From: Cyanophyceae cyanobacterium
GTDB lineage: Bacteria > Cyanobacteriota > Cyanobacteriia > Cyanobacteriales > JBHJGN01
Direction: 5' to 3'
NCBI GenBank assembly: GCA_050331735.1
Contig: JBHJGN010000061.1
Coordinates: 1-53,555, forward strand
Length of the DNA stretch: 53,555 nucleotides
The translations under genes were made by a program, and so were the position numbers. A model generated the notes under the pieces. That model made no database searches and was not told the origin of the DNA. It saw nothing but the letters and a program-made list of their open reading frames with translations. Within the stretch, counting starts at the first letter, position 1, and every line of letters begins with the position of its first letter. Shown piece by piece: positions 28,901 through 36,965 of the stretch.

Positions 28901-31044
28901 TGAGCGGTACACAACAGGTGCCAATACTCGGCGGGACTAGAGGCATTTGGAAATCGGCAGCCCATCCCCACAATGGCGATCGCCGTTACGGCCTCGGTGC
29001 GGGGCTTAACAGCGGCTGGCTGCGACTCTAGCTGAGCTAAATGGTGAGAGAGGCTTGCGATCGAAGGATAATCGTAGGCTAAAGTTGGGGTGAGAGGCCG
29101 ACCGAGCCAGTCCTCTAGCTGAGCCGTTAACCGCACGGCCTGTACCGAATCTAGGCCGTAGCTTACAAACGGCTCGTGCACGTCGATATCCGACAGGGAT
29201 ACCCCAAGACCTTGAGCAATCTGGGCCACCAGCCAGGCCTGAATCGCCCGCTGTTGGTTTGAGCCAGAGGCGATTGCCGGACGAGGCAGAGACAGCGGTA
29301 GCGCCAGCGCGTTTTTGGGTCCGCCTGTTTCTCTCCACTCTTCAACGATGTCTAAGCTTTGCTCTTGCAAGCCTGCTTTGCAGGCATGACGAGCAATTTT
29401 GCCGCTGGATGTTTTGGGAATGCTGCCCGTTCTCAGCAGAACCACGGCGTAAGGCTGAAGTTCGTGCTGCTCCACTACTGCTTTACGAATCGTGCTGATG
29501 ACTTGTTCGGAGTTAAGCTTGCGTAAGTAGCTGCGTTTAACCTCGGCGGTGATCGCGAGTCTTTCTTCACCGTCTATTTCTACCGCAAAGGCCCCAATAC
29601 ACCCGGTTCTCAAGGCAGAGGTACTTCTTTCTACGGTCAGTTCGATATCTTGGGGATAGTGATTGCGACCTCGAATAATAATTAAATCTTTGAGGCGACC
29701 CGTCACAAACAGCTCGCCAGCATCCAGAAAGCCTAAATCTCCGGTTCTTAAGAATGGTCCTGCGTCTGGATTGCTCAAATAAGCCTGGAAAGCTTCCTGA
29801 GTTTGGGTGGGTTTGCGCCAGTACCCTTGAGCAACACTGTCGCCTCTCACCCAGATTTCGCCAATTTCGCCGGGACGGCAGCGGCGCAGGGTGGTGGGAT
29901 TGGCGACCGCAATCTCCTGTTCGGGCACCGTTTGACCGCAGCCAACGAGGGTAAACACTCCCTGCTCGTCAGCAGAAGCTGGAACCACCTGATTTTGTGC
30001 GAGAGCTTTTCCTTGAACGGTTTTCGTCACCGGAGGCGCGGGTCTGTTCCCTCCCGCAATCATGAGCGTGGCTTCCGCCATTCCGTAGCAAGGGTAAAAG
30101 GCTTCGGAGCGAAAGCCGCAGCGCGCAAAAGCGTGAGTGAATTTTTCGAGCGTTTCCGCCCGCACTGGCTCAGCCCCGGTAAAGGCCAGCTCCCAGCTAC
30201 TGAGGTCAAGAGTGTCTTTCTGCTGAGAAGTGACGTGACTAACGCACAGCTCGTAGGCGAAGTTCGGTCCGCCACTGGTTGTGACTCGGTAGTGAGAGAC
30301 GGCTTTGAGCCAGCGGAGGGGTCGCTGCAAAAACGATACGGGCGACATCAACAGCATCGAAATGCCCAGATAAACGGGCTGAATAATGCCTCCAATTAAC
30401 CCCATATCGTGGTAGGGAGGTAGCCAAGAAAAGCCTTGACTCTCAGAGGTGTCCTTCATGCGACGCTGAATCACGCTGGAGTTGTGCAGCAGGTTACCGT
30501 GACTGACCATGACTCCTTTTGGAGTTCCGGTCGAGCCGCTGGTGTACTGAAGAAAAGCGAGGGAACGAGCGGCGATCTGAGGATGTCGCCAAGCCTCAGC
30601 CCAATCTCCAGAGAGGCTATCGGTGGCCAGACAGCGAATTTCGTTAGCAGCCGCTTGATTAAGCTGACTGCTGATGGTTCCCTGTAACGATTGCGTTGTA
30701 AGAGCGATCGTGGCCTGAGCATCGGCAACAATGGACTGCAGGCGATGAATCGACCGGTTCTGTCGAGGAGGATAGGCTGGAACGGCAATGACCCCGGCAT
30801 ACAAACAGCCAAAGAAAGCAGCAATAAACTCGAGTCCCGGCTGATAGAGCAGGAGCGCTCGTTCGCCTTTGGCTTTTAGCTCCTGTAACTTGGCGGCGAT
30901 CGCTCTGGCCTGCTTGTCTAACTGATGATAAGTAATGCTGTCTAATACAGTTTCCCCGTCTTGCAGAAAAGTAAAAGCTTTTTGAGCGTTTCTTTCCCAG
31001 GCTTGGTGACGCAGTAAGTCTACAAAATTGGCAAATCGGAACAT
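22903..31044 (-). CDS. ols: Olefin synthase Ols: FAAL-ACP-KS-AT-KR-ACP-sulfotransferase-thioesterase (terminal 1-alkene synthase)
   Basis: FAAL YTSGSTGTPKG and YPCYGMAE; ACP GLDSV; KS DTACSSS; AT GHSVG/HAFH (malonyl); KR GGLGALG; ACP GMDSL; ST SSPRSGSTLLR; TE GHSFG. Confidence 0.95.
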   Translation of the reverse strand: MFRFANFVDLLRHQAWERNAQKAFTFLQDGETVLDSITYHQLDKQARAIAAKLQELKAKGERALLLYQPGLEFIAAFFGCLYAGVIAVPAYPPRQNRSIHRLQSIVADAQATIALTTQSLQGTISSQLNQAAANEIRCLATDSLSGDWAEAWRHPQIAARSLAFLQYTSGSTGTPKGVMVSHGNLLHNSSVIQRRMKDTSESQGFSWLPPYHDMGLIGGIIQPVYLGISMLLMSPVSFLQRPLRWLKAVSHYRVTTSGGPNFAYELCVSHVTSQQKDTLDLSSWELAFTGAEPVRAETLEKFTHAFARCGFRSEAFYPCYGMAEATLMIAGGNRPAPPVTKTVQGKALAQNQVVPASADEQGVFTLVGCGQTVPEQEIAVANPTTLRRCRPGEIGEIWVRGDSVAQGYWRKPTQTQEAFQAYLSNPDAGPFLRTGDLGFLDAGELFVTGRLKDLIIIRGRNHYPQDIELTVERSTSALRTGCIGAFAVEIDGEERLAITAEVKRSYLRKLNSEQVISTIRKAVVEQHELQPYAVVLLRTGSIPKTSSGKIARHACKAGLQEQSLDIVEEWRETGGPKNALALPLSLPRPAIASGSNQQRAIQAWLVAQIAQGLGVSLSDIDVHEPFVSYGLDSVQAVRLTAQLEDWLGRPLTPTLAYDYPSIASLSHHLAQLESQPAAVKPRTEAVTAIAIVGMGCRFPNASSPAEYWHLLCTAQDAVTKNRQGAQWGGFIAHVDQFEPQFFGISPREATRMDPQQRLLLEVSWEALENAGMTPRIMGSRTGVFVGISSSDYSRLQSPGTGVDAYIGTGNAASIAANRLSYFLDLRGPSLAVDTACSSSLVAVHLACQSLRNGECDQALVGGVNLILSADLTQAFAQAGMMAADGRCKTFDAEADGYVRGEGCGVVLLKPLEQAISDKDNVLAVLKGSAVNQDGRSNGLTAPNGPAQQAVVRQALASAGLRPQDLSYIEAHGTGTALGDPIEVNSLAQVLLSERPADATCFIGSVKTNIGHLEAAAGIAGLIKVVLALQHEQIPPHLHFHQLNPHIDLRSPLAIPTRLYPWSRSRARNAGVSSFGFGGTNAHVIVGDWETSFSEPQVLPERPLQVLTLSAKSPSALSALVQAYQAYLSSHPEIPLADICFSANTGRTSFEHRLAIITQSTQQLSEQLQACAAGKAVRGVFQEQAQSPKVAFLFTGQGSQSVDMGKQLYETQPTFRSALNRCADILEPLLDKPLLELLYATSAHLLDETAYTQPVLFAIEYALAQLWLSWGIVPNVVMGHSVGEYVAACIAGVFSLEDGLKLIAERGRLMQELPQQGAMVAIFAGEAEVLEAIAPFPEIAIAAYNGNHLVISGDTQAVQQAIASLPGGVKTKRLPVSHAFHSPLMDPILAPFEQATRRVTYALPQIDIVANTTGELAGADIATPQYWTNHVRQAVRFSSSIELLKKHNYQIFLEIGPKPILLGMGRYCVPNASALWLASLRPGREDWQQLLTSLAQLSVRGVSVDWFGFDQDYERRRVVLPTYPFQRQRYWIESLPPETLKAPDTYHVEWQLKPPTRSLQQRNARGTWLIFADRDGVGKTVAQELSEYGRCVVVYPGEAYAAQSSYWSIDPSCLAHFDRLLAESLAGEELSGIVYLWSLKTVEPLTGTALQQSQSLNCGSILHLIQALLKQSVSSRLWLVTRGAQSVEGSEVSLSAASLWGFSKVVALEHPELWGGIVDLAPQAEPDESHQLVTEMLSVNPEGQVAFRGDRYVARLVEAPVARPTPADVSAEKTYLIAGGLGALGLTVAQQLVHWGAKQLVLVGRSRPTNSALQTIQSLEASGARILSLQADVSLEQDVAGVLDKIEAVMPPLRGIIHAAGIIDDGLLQNQSWERLTAVLAPKVLGAWHLHAHTRHLPLDFFVLFSSVASLLGSAGQGNYAAANAFLDSIAHYRCHQGLPALSINWGPWQIGMAASTRLARGIDPIAAEPGLSALARLLTQTGQVGVFHADWNELSRQFPERSDWQSLVRDDSSSSPPPSQVFEKLLALPADQREEFLGVYLQTSLAQILQIPTVSTTDSLLDKGMDSLMVMEAIAELKRDLRLMLYPREFYERPKIAALAKYLAAEFAKTHGGEERPFNREALPPETLAAFKFRAKAVKARSQKKIPGIALILSSPRSGSTLLRVMLAGHKHLISPPELHLLPFNSMGERRQTLAASHLGEGLQRALMELKGIDAATSQRLVGRLSEEDTAIEQVYALLSELAGERLLIDKSPTYAFHRETLDRAEALFEHAKYIHLIRHPYAVIESFCRLRMDKLIGSETDAPHQLAESIWRQSHQNIGDFLATIDSQRHYLVRYEDLVANPTAVMQNLCQFLEVTFEASMLKPYEGHRMTEGVQQQSLSVGDPNFLTHSQIDARLGDAWKAIHLPQPLSPLTRRLAATFNYELPLADSPTQTGHEVFLDVRGLKLCLCTWGPETGPLVLCLHGILEQGAAWEAVAMPLAAQGYRVVAPDLRGHGRSDHGAAGGSYHLLDFLGDLDAIAAQLTEQPLILVGHSFGSVVAAMFASSRPQRVKKLVLVETILPTEEAEEEVAEQLATHLDYLASPPAHPILPDVAIAAQRLRLATPALSEATAMKLAHRLVEPCPGGVRWRWAAQLRTRAGIGFNGMSRSRYLSLLANIRAPITLIYGDNSNFNRTDDLQQQHSAMPHAQQIVLRGGHNLPLEAPTEIAEVIGQ

Positions 31045-31629
31045 TTATTGATTTAGCTACTCCTCAAGTTATCAAGGGAAATCAGAGGTAGTCCCGTCAT
31101 ACCGGGTTTCGTCTACTCTTTTTCGACAGCTTGCAACTGGCCGGGGTTTTAACAGACCCAACGGACAAAGCAATCGGGACTAATGTGATGGTGGTTGGGC
31201 CAAAGGTCAGCTAATCAAATCTTGGCTGTTGCGTCGGGATGTGGAGCTGGCAGCGATTTCTAGCTTGTTTTCCCAAGCTGTTTGCGATCGCCTGTAAAAT
31301 ACTTGTCGGTTGCTGTTGAGCAATTGTTCCCCAGAAATCACCAAATGACGCATGATAATAACCATTTTGCATGGTGTAAGGTGTTGATCTTACAAATTAT
31401 TTAGATTTGAATCAATTATAAAGTTGGCCTATTGGCTAGAACGATTATTAGTTGTCTAGTCTGTCATTCTACAGGTAAATTTGGAGGTCAACAATTCTGC
31501 GAAAGTTAGATTAGCTAGAGGGAGCCGCTTCGCACCGGAAGGAAACAGGCCAGTTACTTGCTTCTATTATTCCTATAATCGTTGATGAGCCGCTTTTCTC
31601 GATCCTAGGCTTCCTATCTTTATTAATTA

Positions 31630-32451
31630 ATGTCTTTTCCTGCACCCTACTGGTACAACCGCAAAATTGTGTCGCTGCTGCTGCTTTTGCTGGGAGCTGT
31701 TCTTATTTTGTCTCCCCTTGGCGTTGTGTTGTGGACTTCAATCACGCCAGCCGGGTTAGCGCTGGGAGAAAATTCTCCGGTGACCTGGAAAAATTACCAG
31801 GAGGCTTGGCAGCGAGGCGATTTTTTGCTAGCCTTCGCCAATTCGACGCTGGTTGCCTTGGCTGTTACTGCTTTTCAGATTGTGACATCGACCTTAGCAG
31901 GCTATGCTTTAGCACGATTGACGTTTCGCGGACGCAGCGCTGTTTTACTGATCATTCTGGCTACGCTGGTAATTCCGTTTCAAATCTTGGTCATCCCGAT
32001 TTTTTTAGTTTTGAAGTGGGGGCATTTGATTAACACCTACTGGGCTTTAATCTTACCAACCGCCGCTAACGGATTTAGTATTTTTTTGATGCGGCAGTAT
32101 TTTTCAACGGTTCCAATTGAGCTAGAGGAAGCAGCAACTTTAGATGGAGCTAACCGCTTGCAAATTCTCTGGCAGATTATGCTGCCGTTGTCTCGTCCAG
32201 CGTTGGTGACTCTATTTCTGTTTACCTTTATTGGGGAGTGGAATGATTTATTTAAGCCGCTTGTGTTCACGACTAGACCAGAACTGAAAACGGTTCAGCT
32301 CGCATTAGCAGAGTTTCAAGAGCAATTTACGAATAATTGGTCTTTGCTCATGGCGGCGGTTATCTTAGCAACAATTCCCGTTGTTGTTCTGTTTGCTATT
32401 GGTCAGCGGCAGTTTATCCGAGGGATTGGGACGACGGGAATGAAAAATTAG
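31630..32451 (+). CDS. Carbohydrate ABC transporter permease (MalG-type), stand-alone
   Basis: EAA motif ELEEAATLDGA, NSTLVA, WNDLFKPL. Confidence 0.92.
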   Translation: MSFPAPYWYNRKIVSLLLLLLGAVLILSPLGVVLWTSITPAGLALGENSPVTWKNYQEAWQRGDFLLAFANSTLVALAVTAFQIVTSTLAGYALARLTFRGRSAVLLIILATLVIPFQILVIPIFLVLKWGHLINTYWALILPTAANGFSIFLMRQYFSTVPIELEEAATLDGANRLQILWQIMLPLSRPALVTLFLFTFIGEWNDLFKPLVFTTRPELKTVQLALAEFQEQFTNNWSLLMAAVILATIPVVVLFAIGQRQFIRGIGTTGMKN

Positions 32452-32689
32452 CTCTTGGCGACCCAAGTCATAACGACTTCGCGTTATCGTAGAGAAATTA
32501 GATTCAGGGTAGTTAAAGTTAGGTGGCCAAACTTGCACAGAAACGTCCTCAGAACGTTGAGGGAGATTTTTATGTAGATAGTACCGGTATTGACTGTGAT
32601 ACCTATCGCTGGATGACTCCCGAAGTTTATCGTCGCGTCGAGGGAAAGAGTGCCGTTCATCATCAACCTCAGAACGAAATAGAACGCTA

Positions 32690-32870
32690 GCAGGCTTTGC
32701 AGGCGCGGGGCAAAGGGGAAAGCAGCTTGCGCTGCGGGGAAAGGGAAAAGGGGAAGGGGGAAAGGGACAATAAGTTAGCTTGTTCCTTAATCCTGTGTTC
32801 TGTTCCATCCCGAGGGACAGTTTCCCTTTCCCCGTCGCGGAGTGACAGTTCCCCTCGTACCGAGGGCGCA
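32690..32870. repeat. Dispersed composite repeat, copy 2, directly downstream of recA
   Basis: Shares two 19-22-bp blocks and the arm organisation with 5791-5995. Confidence 0.8.
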
Positions 32871-33944
32871 TTATTCCTCAGAATCATCCTCGGAACCGTT
32901 TTGATTGACGGTATTAGCCGAGACGGTGGCTCCCATGTTGAGCTTTTCCCGAACCTGTTGCTCCACCATCGATAATGCTTCCGCATTTTCTTCGAGGTAT
33001 TTGACGGCATTATCGCGTCCCTGAGCAATGTTATCGCCGTTATAGCTATACCAAGCTCCTTTACGAACAACGACATCGGTTTGTTCGGCTAAATCAAGAA
33101 TGCAGCCTACTTGAGAAATGCCTTTCCCAAAGATAATGTCAAACTCTGCAATCCGAAAAGGAGGAGCTACCTTGTTCTTAGCTACCTTAACTTTAGCCCG
33201 GTTGCCGTATTCCCCTTCGCTACCTTTCTTGAGCGTTTGAATGCGGCGAATATCTAAACGCACCGAAGCATAAAATTTCAGAGCCGTTCCTCCCGTTGTT
33301 ACTTCTGGGCTACCGTAGGTAACACCAATCTTCTGGCGAAGCTGATTAAGAAAGATGACGGTGCAGCCAGACTTACTGACGTTACCCGCGATCTTTCTGA
33401 GAGCTTTACTCATCAGGCGCGCCTGTAAGCCAACCTGATTGTCGCCCATTTCTCCTTCAATTTCCGCCCGAGGAACCAGCGCTGCGACTGAATCAACCAC
33501 AACAATATCGACTGCTGCTGAACGCACGAGCTGATCGACAATTTCTAAGGCAGATTCTCCTGTATCGGGTTGAGCAACAAGGAGGTTTTCGATATCAACG
33601 CCTAGCACTCCGGCATAGGCGGGGTCGAGAGCGTGTTCAGCATCAACAAACGCGGCAACGCCTCCGGATTTTTGAACTTCAGCAAGCCCGTGGAGGGCAA
33701 GGGTTGTTTTACCAGAACTTTCAGGACCGTAAATCTCGATGATGCGTCCTTTCGGCAGCCCCCCGCCCAGAGCAATATCTAGAGTGAGAGCACCGCTAGA
33801 TATCGTTTCTACCCGCATGCGAGTAGCGTCGCCGAGACGCATAATTGAGCCTTTCCCAAAATTACGCTCGATCTGATTAAGAACTAAATTTAGAGCTTTA
33901 TCTTTATTAGAATTACTGGAGCTGTTTGCTGTAGTACGAGTCAT
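32871..33944 (-). CDS. recA: Recombinase RecA
   Basis: [42 protein letters not shown]. Confidence 0.99.
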   Translation of the reverse strand: MTRTTANSSSNSNKDKALNLVLNQIERNFGKGSIMRLGDATRMRVETISSGALTLDIALGGGLPKGRIIEIYGPESSGKTTLALHGLAEVQKSGGVAAFVDAEHALDPAYAGVLGVDIENLLVAQPDTGESALEIVDQLVRSAAVDIVVVDSVAALVPRAEIEGEMGDNQVGLQARLMSKALRKIAGNVSKSGCTVIFLNQLRQKIGVTYGSPEVTTGGTALKFYASVRLDIRRIQTLKKGSEGEYGNRAKVKVAKNKVAPPFRIAEFDIIFGKGISQVGCILDLAEQTDVVVRKGAWYSYNGDNIAQGRDNAVKYLEENAEALSMVEQQVREKLNMGATVSANTVNQNGSEDDSEE

Positions 33945-34052
33945 TAAAATGCCTCAAGTTAATGCAGAAGAGAGTTTTTCTTATTTTAGGCGCTCAATTT
34001 GGCCGCGATATCGGCACGAATCAAGAGCTGCTAGAGCTAGTCAAGCTCTAGT

Positions 34053-34066
34053 AGTACATAAGTACC
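34053..34066 (-). promoter_or_regulatory. Cyanobacterial LexA (SOS) box upstream of recA
   Basis: GGTAC-TTA-TGTACT on the minus strand matches RGTAC-N3-DGTWCB and lies just downstream of a TAAAAT -10 (34078-34073). Confidence 0.8.
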
Positions 34067-34160
34067 TACAGTATTTTAACCTGTCTCTTCCCTAATTAAG
34101 ATCAATGTACACAAGTGTTAAGCAAAATTAGGGAGAAAAATCCCGCGTATCTCCCAGCGC

Positions 34161-35102
34161 TTAATCAAGCCAAGGACGAGTCGCTTGCTCTAGCTGAGCT
34201 ATTTCTGCGCGATTGATACTCCAGCCTAAAGCACCGGCATTTTGAGCTGCCTGAGCAGCAGTCTTAGCTCCAGGAATGGGAACAGTTCCTTGAGTAATTA
34301 ACCAGTTGAGGGCCACTTGAGCCGGGGTTTTTTCATATCTGTCGCCGATTTGGCGCAGTAACTCGAGAACTGGAGCGATTTTTTGCAAGCCTGTAGTGCT
34401 GAAGCGCAAAGACAAGCGCCGTGCTCCGTCCGGGGGATGAGCGGGGGTATACTTTCCGGTCAGCAATCCTTGAGCAAGAGGACTATAGGCCAGAATCGTA
34501 ATATCAAGTTCGCGAGCAGCAGCCAGAATTCCTTTGCTTTCTACCTGCCGTGACAGCAGCGAGTACTGTACCTGATTGACGGCTAGCTGAATACCCCGTT
34601 GAGAGAGAATTTGATGAGCTTGGCGCATCTCATCGGCGGCATAGTTGCTGACCCCGATACTTTGAATGCGTCCTTTTTCCACTTCATTAGCGAGAGCGTT
34701 CATCAAACTTTCCTGGCTCATGAAAAAGGTGAATGGTGAATGAACCTGATAAAGTGCCACCCGCTCTAGCTGTAAACGGTCAAGACTAGCCGTCAAAGCC
34801 TCGGCAACCGCTTGGGAACTGAAGCGCCAGGGAAGCGGCAAAAACTTAGTAGCAACGTCTATCGAATGCTGGTTCTGCTTGATGAACTGCCCAAGTAGGG
34901 TTTCAGACTCACCAAAGCCGTAGACTTCTGCTGTATCGAAAAAAGTAACGCCAGCATTGACAGCCGCTTCAAAAGCGGCGGCCACTTCTGAAGCCCCGTA
35001 ATTTTTGCCGTAGTTCCAAAATAGTTGATCTCCCCAGGCCCACGTTCCAATTCCTAAGGCAGAAACGGAAGGACCGCCGGAGCCTAACGTGTGTCTACTC
35101 AT
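34161..35102 (-). CDS. Aldo/keto reductase
   Basis: GIGTWAWG, FDTAEVYG, LYQVH, IGVSNY, AYSPLAQGLLTGK; start MSRHTL at 35102. Confidence 0.9.
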   Translation of the reverse strand: MSRHTLGSGGPSVSALGIGTWAWGDQLFWNYGKNYGASEVAAAFEAAVNAGVTFFDTAEVYGFGESETLLGQFIKQNQHSIDVATKFLPLPWRFSSQAVAEALTASLDRLQLERVALYQVHSPFTFFMSQESLMNALANEVEKGRIQSIGVSNYAADEMRQAHQILSQRGIQLAVNQVQYSLLSRQVESKGILAAARELDITILAYSPLAQGLLTGKYTPAHPPDGARRLSLRFSTTGLQKIAPVLELLRQIGDRYEKTPAQVALNWLITQGTVPIPGAKTAAQAAQNAGALGWSINRAEIAQLEQATRPWLD

Positions 35103-35187
35103 GAATCTTTTTACATTTTGTAATATGCTTCTAGTGTAAAAGTTTTGGTCGCACCGTAGTTTCTCCTCGGGAGACTTCACATAAGCA

Positions 35188-35767
35188 ATGGATTTTCTTG
35201 CTGCTATTTTTCTGTCCATATCAACTAATGTTGATAATTTTGCTGTTGGTGTCGCTTACGGCATTAAAAAACCAACCATTAGCTTTCCTGCTAACTTGAT
35301 TATTGCTAGTTTGTCTGGCGCGAGTACATTCATTTCTATGTCTTTGGGAGAACAGCTCAATTCAACGGCTAATCTCGCGCGCGCTTGGTAGTGCCATTTT
35401 AATTATTGTTGGTCTATTGTCAATTTGGCAAACCAGACAAGAGTCAGCGTTGCTTAAAAGCGATCGCTACAGTATCGATCGTCAGCTAGTGAGTGTTGCT
35501 GTTTCAGCCAAAGATACTGTTAGCTTAAAATCAGCATTTGTTGTAGGATTAGTGTTGACGTCTACAAACTTGGGCACTGGAATTGGAGCCGGTATTGCTC
35601 AACTCAATATCGCGTTAACGAGCTGTTTAAGTTTTTTTTCTAGCTTATTATTGGTGGGAAGTGCTTCTGTACTCGGAAGCTTTGCTACTGCTCTATGGAC
35701 AGGAAGACTAGAATTGCTTTCTGGTATTTTGCTGATTAGTTTAGGGCTATACCAATTCTTTGATTAA
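35188..35767 (+). pseudogene. YtaF/MntP-family membrane protein, frameshifted
   Basis: N-half (STNVDNFAVGVAYG) ends at TAG 35389-35391; C-half (ALGSAIL...TNLGTGIGAG...LSGILLISLGL) is in another frame; the shift maps to a (CG)4C run at 35376-35384. Confidence 0.75.
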
Positions 35768-36046
35768 GAAAGCATTGGCTAACTGTTAGCTAGCTTTTGA
35801 ACGAAATTAGGTGTTTGCTCGTATGTTGAGCGTATGACGCGTCAGCATCTCAGAAGTGATCGCCTCTTTAAGAAGTGCTGGGATTGTTCAACATTTTCGC
35901 GGACAGATTACGATTATCAATCAGCGAGCTTTAGAAGTTAGGGCTGGCGAGCTTACGCTTTATTTAAAAATGATCTGGAACAGATGATTGCTAGCTGAAA
36001 CCAAAGGCCTTAACTACTGTACTGGGAAAAGCACTTACAGAAGCAT

Positions 36047-36757
36047 TTACTCTACCAGACCAGAACGGAGTGCGCGGACAGCCGCTTGCGTACGATCATC
36101 GGCACAAAGCTTATTGAGAATATTGCGGACGTGAGTTTTGACGGTGCCGACGGTAATAAAGAGCTTGTCAGCAATTTGAGCATTGTTACATCCGGCGACA
36201 ATAAGTTCAAGAACCTCTAACTCTCGCTCCGTGAGTGGATAGGTTTTGAGAAACTCCTGATAATCTTCATCCATAGAAGCAATCTCTCGCGTGGGAGTCT
36301 GTCCGCCATTGCCTCCTGTGTCTGTTCGCGCCTGCTTGAGCACGGTTCGGGCGATCGCCGGATCGATCCAGGCATTGCCTTCGTAGGTCACCTCAATCGC
36401 CTGAACCAGATTATCGAGACTGACATCTTTAAGACTGTAGGAGTCAGCACCGGCTGCGAAAGCGGCCAACACCGAATCTTCGTTGTTGTGCATCGTCAGA
36501 ATCAGAACTTTAGTAGCCAGCGGCTGAGCGGCCTGATTCTGCTTAAACTTTTGCGTTAACTCAATCCCATCCATATCTGGTAAGCCGATATCCACAATCG
36601 CGACATCGGGTTGAGTTTGCTCTAGTACCTGTAGCCCTTGACGAGCATTTGCCGCGTCACCCACAACCTCAATGTTTGAGTACTGCTGTAAGGCAGCGGT
36701 TAAACCAATCCGACTCAGGTTATGGTCTTCGATCAAAACAATCCGAATTGCGCTCAT
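36047..36757 (-). CDS. orrA: NarL/LuxR-family response regulator, OrrA-like
   Basis: REC (IEDH, VDIGLPDMDG) plus LuxR HTH ending TVKTHVRNILNKLCADDRTQAAVRALRSGLV, which closely resembles my recollection of Anabaena OrrA. Family certain, orthology probable. Confidence 0.75.
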   Translation of the reverse strand: MSAIRIVLIEDHNLSRIGLTAALQQYSNIEVVGDAANARQGLQVLEQTQPDVAIVDIGLPDMDGIELTQKFKQNQAAQPLATKVLILTMHNNEDSVLAAFAAGADSYSLKDVSLDNLVQAIEVTYEGNAWIDPAIARTVLKQARTDTGGNGGQTPTREIASMDEDYQEFLKTYPLTERELEVLELIVAGCNNAQIADKLFITVGTVKTHVRNILNKLCADDRTQAAVRALRSGLVE

Positions 36758-36965
36758 TATTGGCAAATGCTGCTTCAGTTGAGATTGAATATAGATTATC
36801 TAAAATTCTCTCGCTAACGACATCTTTCTTCAGAAGTAGCAGCGGCTGTTCTTTGGATAGATTTATGAGGATCAGGTCTACTAATGAGGATAGAAACTTG
36901 GGTTCAGTTTCAAGTCGACTGATAGCGTACAGTGTAGGAGAGCGAGTGGCCTCCCCAATTTTTTC

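Noticed and set aside
23214..30879. Many 60-200-aa ORFs overlapping ols (and similar ones over pnp, uvrB and accA)
   Set aside because: Antisense or alternative-frame shadows with no recognisable motifs.
31200..31372. Two overlapping minus-strand ORFs of about 50 aa upstream of ols
   Set aside because: No clear RBS or recognisable motif; cannot be distinguished from chance.
31520..31560. CCGGAAGGAAACAG resembling SRP RNA domain IV
   Set aside because: It lacks the preceding CAGG, the following GCAGC and the long flanking helix.
32365..33076. ORFs of 168, 129 and 92 aa around the recA 3' end
   Set aside because: They are translations of the low-complexity repeat or shadow frames of recA.
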